From assembly GCF_009914755.1 (NCBI RefSeq), contig NC_060935.1: 64,000 bases of DNA; one strand, 5' to 3'. The position numbers and the translations under genes are program-made. Of the stretch, positions 63,428 to 64,000 are shown piece after piece; position 1 is the first letter of the stretch, and each line of letters begins with the position of its first letter. Below the pieces are notes generated by a model. That model saw only the letters and a list, made by a program, of their open reading frames with translations, was not told the DNA's origin and did no database searches. The DNA comes from the human T2T-CHM13v2.0 reference genome, Homo sapiens.

Positions 63428-64000
63428 TTTTTTTATTATACTTTAAGTTCTGGGTTACATGTGCAGAACATGCAGTTTTGTTACACAACCATCTGATATG
63501 TGACAAAACTGATACACACAAGCAATGGGGAAAAGATTCCCTATTTAATAAATGGTGTTGGGAAAACTGGCTAGCTATATGCGAAAACTGAAACTGGACC
63601 CCTTCCTTACATCTTGTGTAAAAATTAACTCAAGATGGATCGAAGACTTAAATGTAAGACCTGGGACCATAAAAATCCTAGGAGAAAACCTGGGCAAGAC
63701 CATTCAGGGCATAGGCATGGGCAAAAACTTCATGTCTAAAACACCAAAAGCAATGACAACAAAAGCCAAAATTGACAAATGGGATCTAATTAGACTAAAG
63801 AGCTTCTGCACAGCAAAAGAAACTATTATAATCAGAGTGAACAGGCAACCTACAGAATAGAAAATTTTTGCAATCTACCCTTCTTGCAAAGGGCTAATAT
63901 CCAGAATCTATAAGGAACTGAAACAAATTTCCAAGAAAAAAAAAAACCCATCAAAAAGTGGGTGAAGGTTGTGATCAGACACTTCTCAAAAGAAAAAATA
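63428..64000 (-). mobile_element. L1PA7-like element: about 57-bp antisense 3' tip followed by an inverted ORF2 segment running off the window
   Basis: TTTTATTATACTTTAAGTTCTGGGTTACATGTGCAGAAC (63428-63484), then + strand ORF2 ([24 protein letters not shown]). Confidence 0.8.

Overview
AT-rich, repeat-dense primate DNA (very likely human) from an olfactory-receptor (OR) cluster. The gene content fits chr11q11: OR4P1P, OR5D2P and OR5D3P, with symbols assigned from sequence similarity and recalled gene order. There are three + strand OR loci. (1) An OR4P-type pseudogene at 7624-8553, with an early TAG and decayed motifs. (2) An OR5D-type pseudogene at 39090-40019, with a TAG and a 13-bp deletion. 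(3) An OR5D-type locus at 50506-51448 with an intact 7TM frame but no start codon in its main exon. The main observation is that locus 3 can be completed by a 29-nt upstream coding segment, 48316-48344 (ATG...AG|GTGAGT). It splices in frame (phase 2) to give a 323-aa receptor starting MNHSDASVFR-IQKNQT. The disabled paralog keeps the same 29-nt segment, phase and upstream promoter block (36000-36397). The rest is mobile DNA: a full-length L1PA2-like element with intact ORF1 and an older-looking patch in ORF2, several twin-primed inverted L1s, a tail-less L1 fragment, eight Alus (one very young), LTR elements and DNA transposons. Most short ORFs in the track are repeat-derived noise. Repeat subfamily names come from recalled consensus sequences and are approximate.
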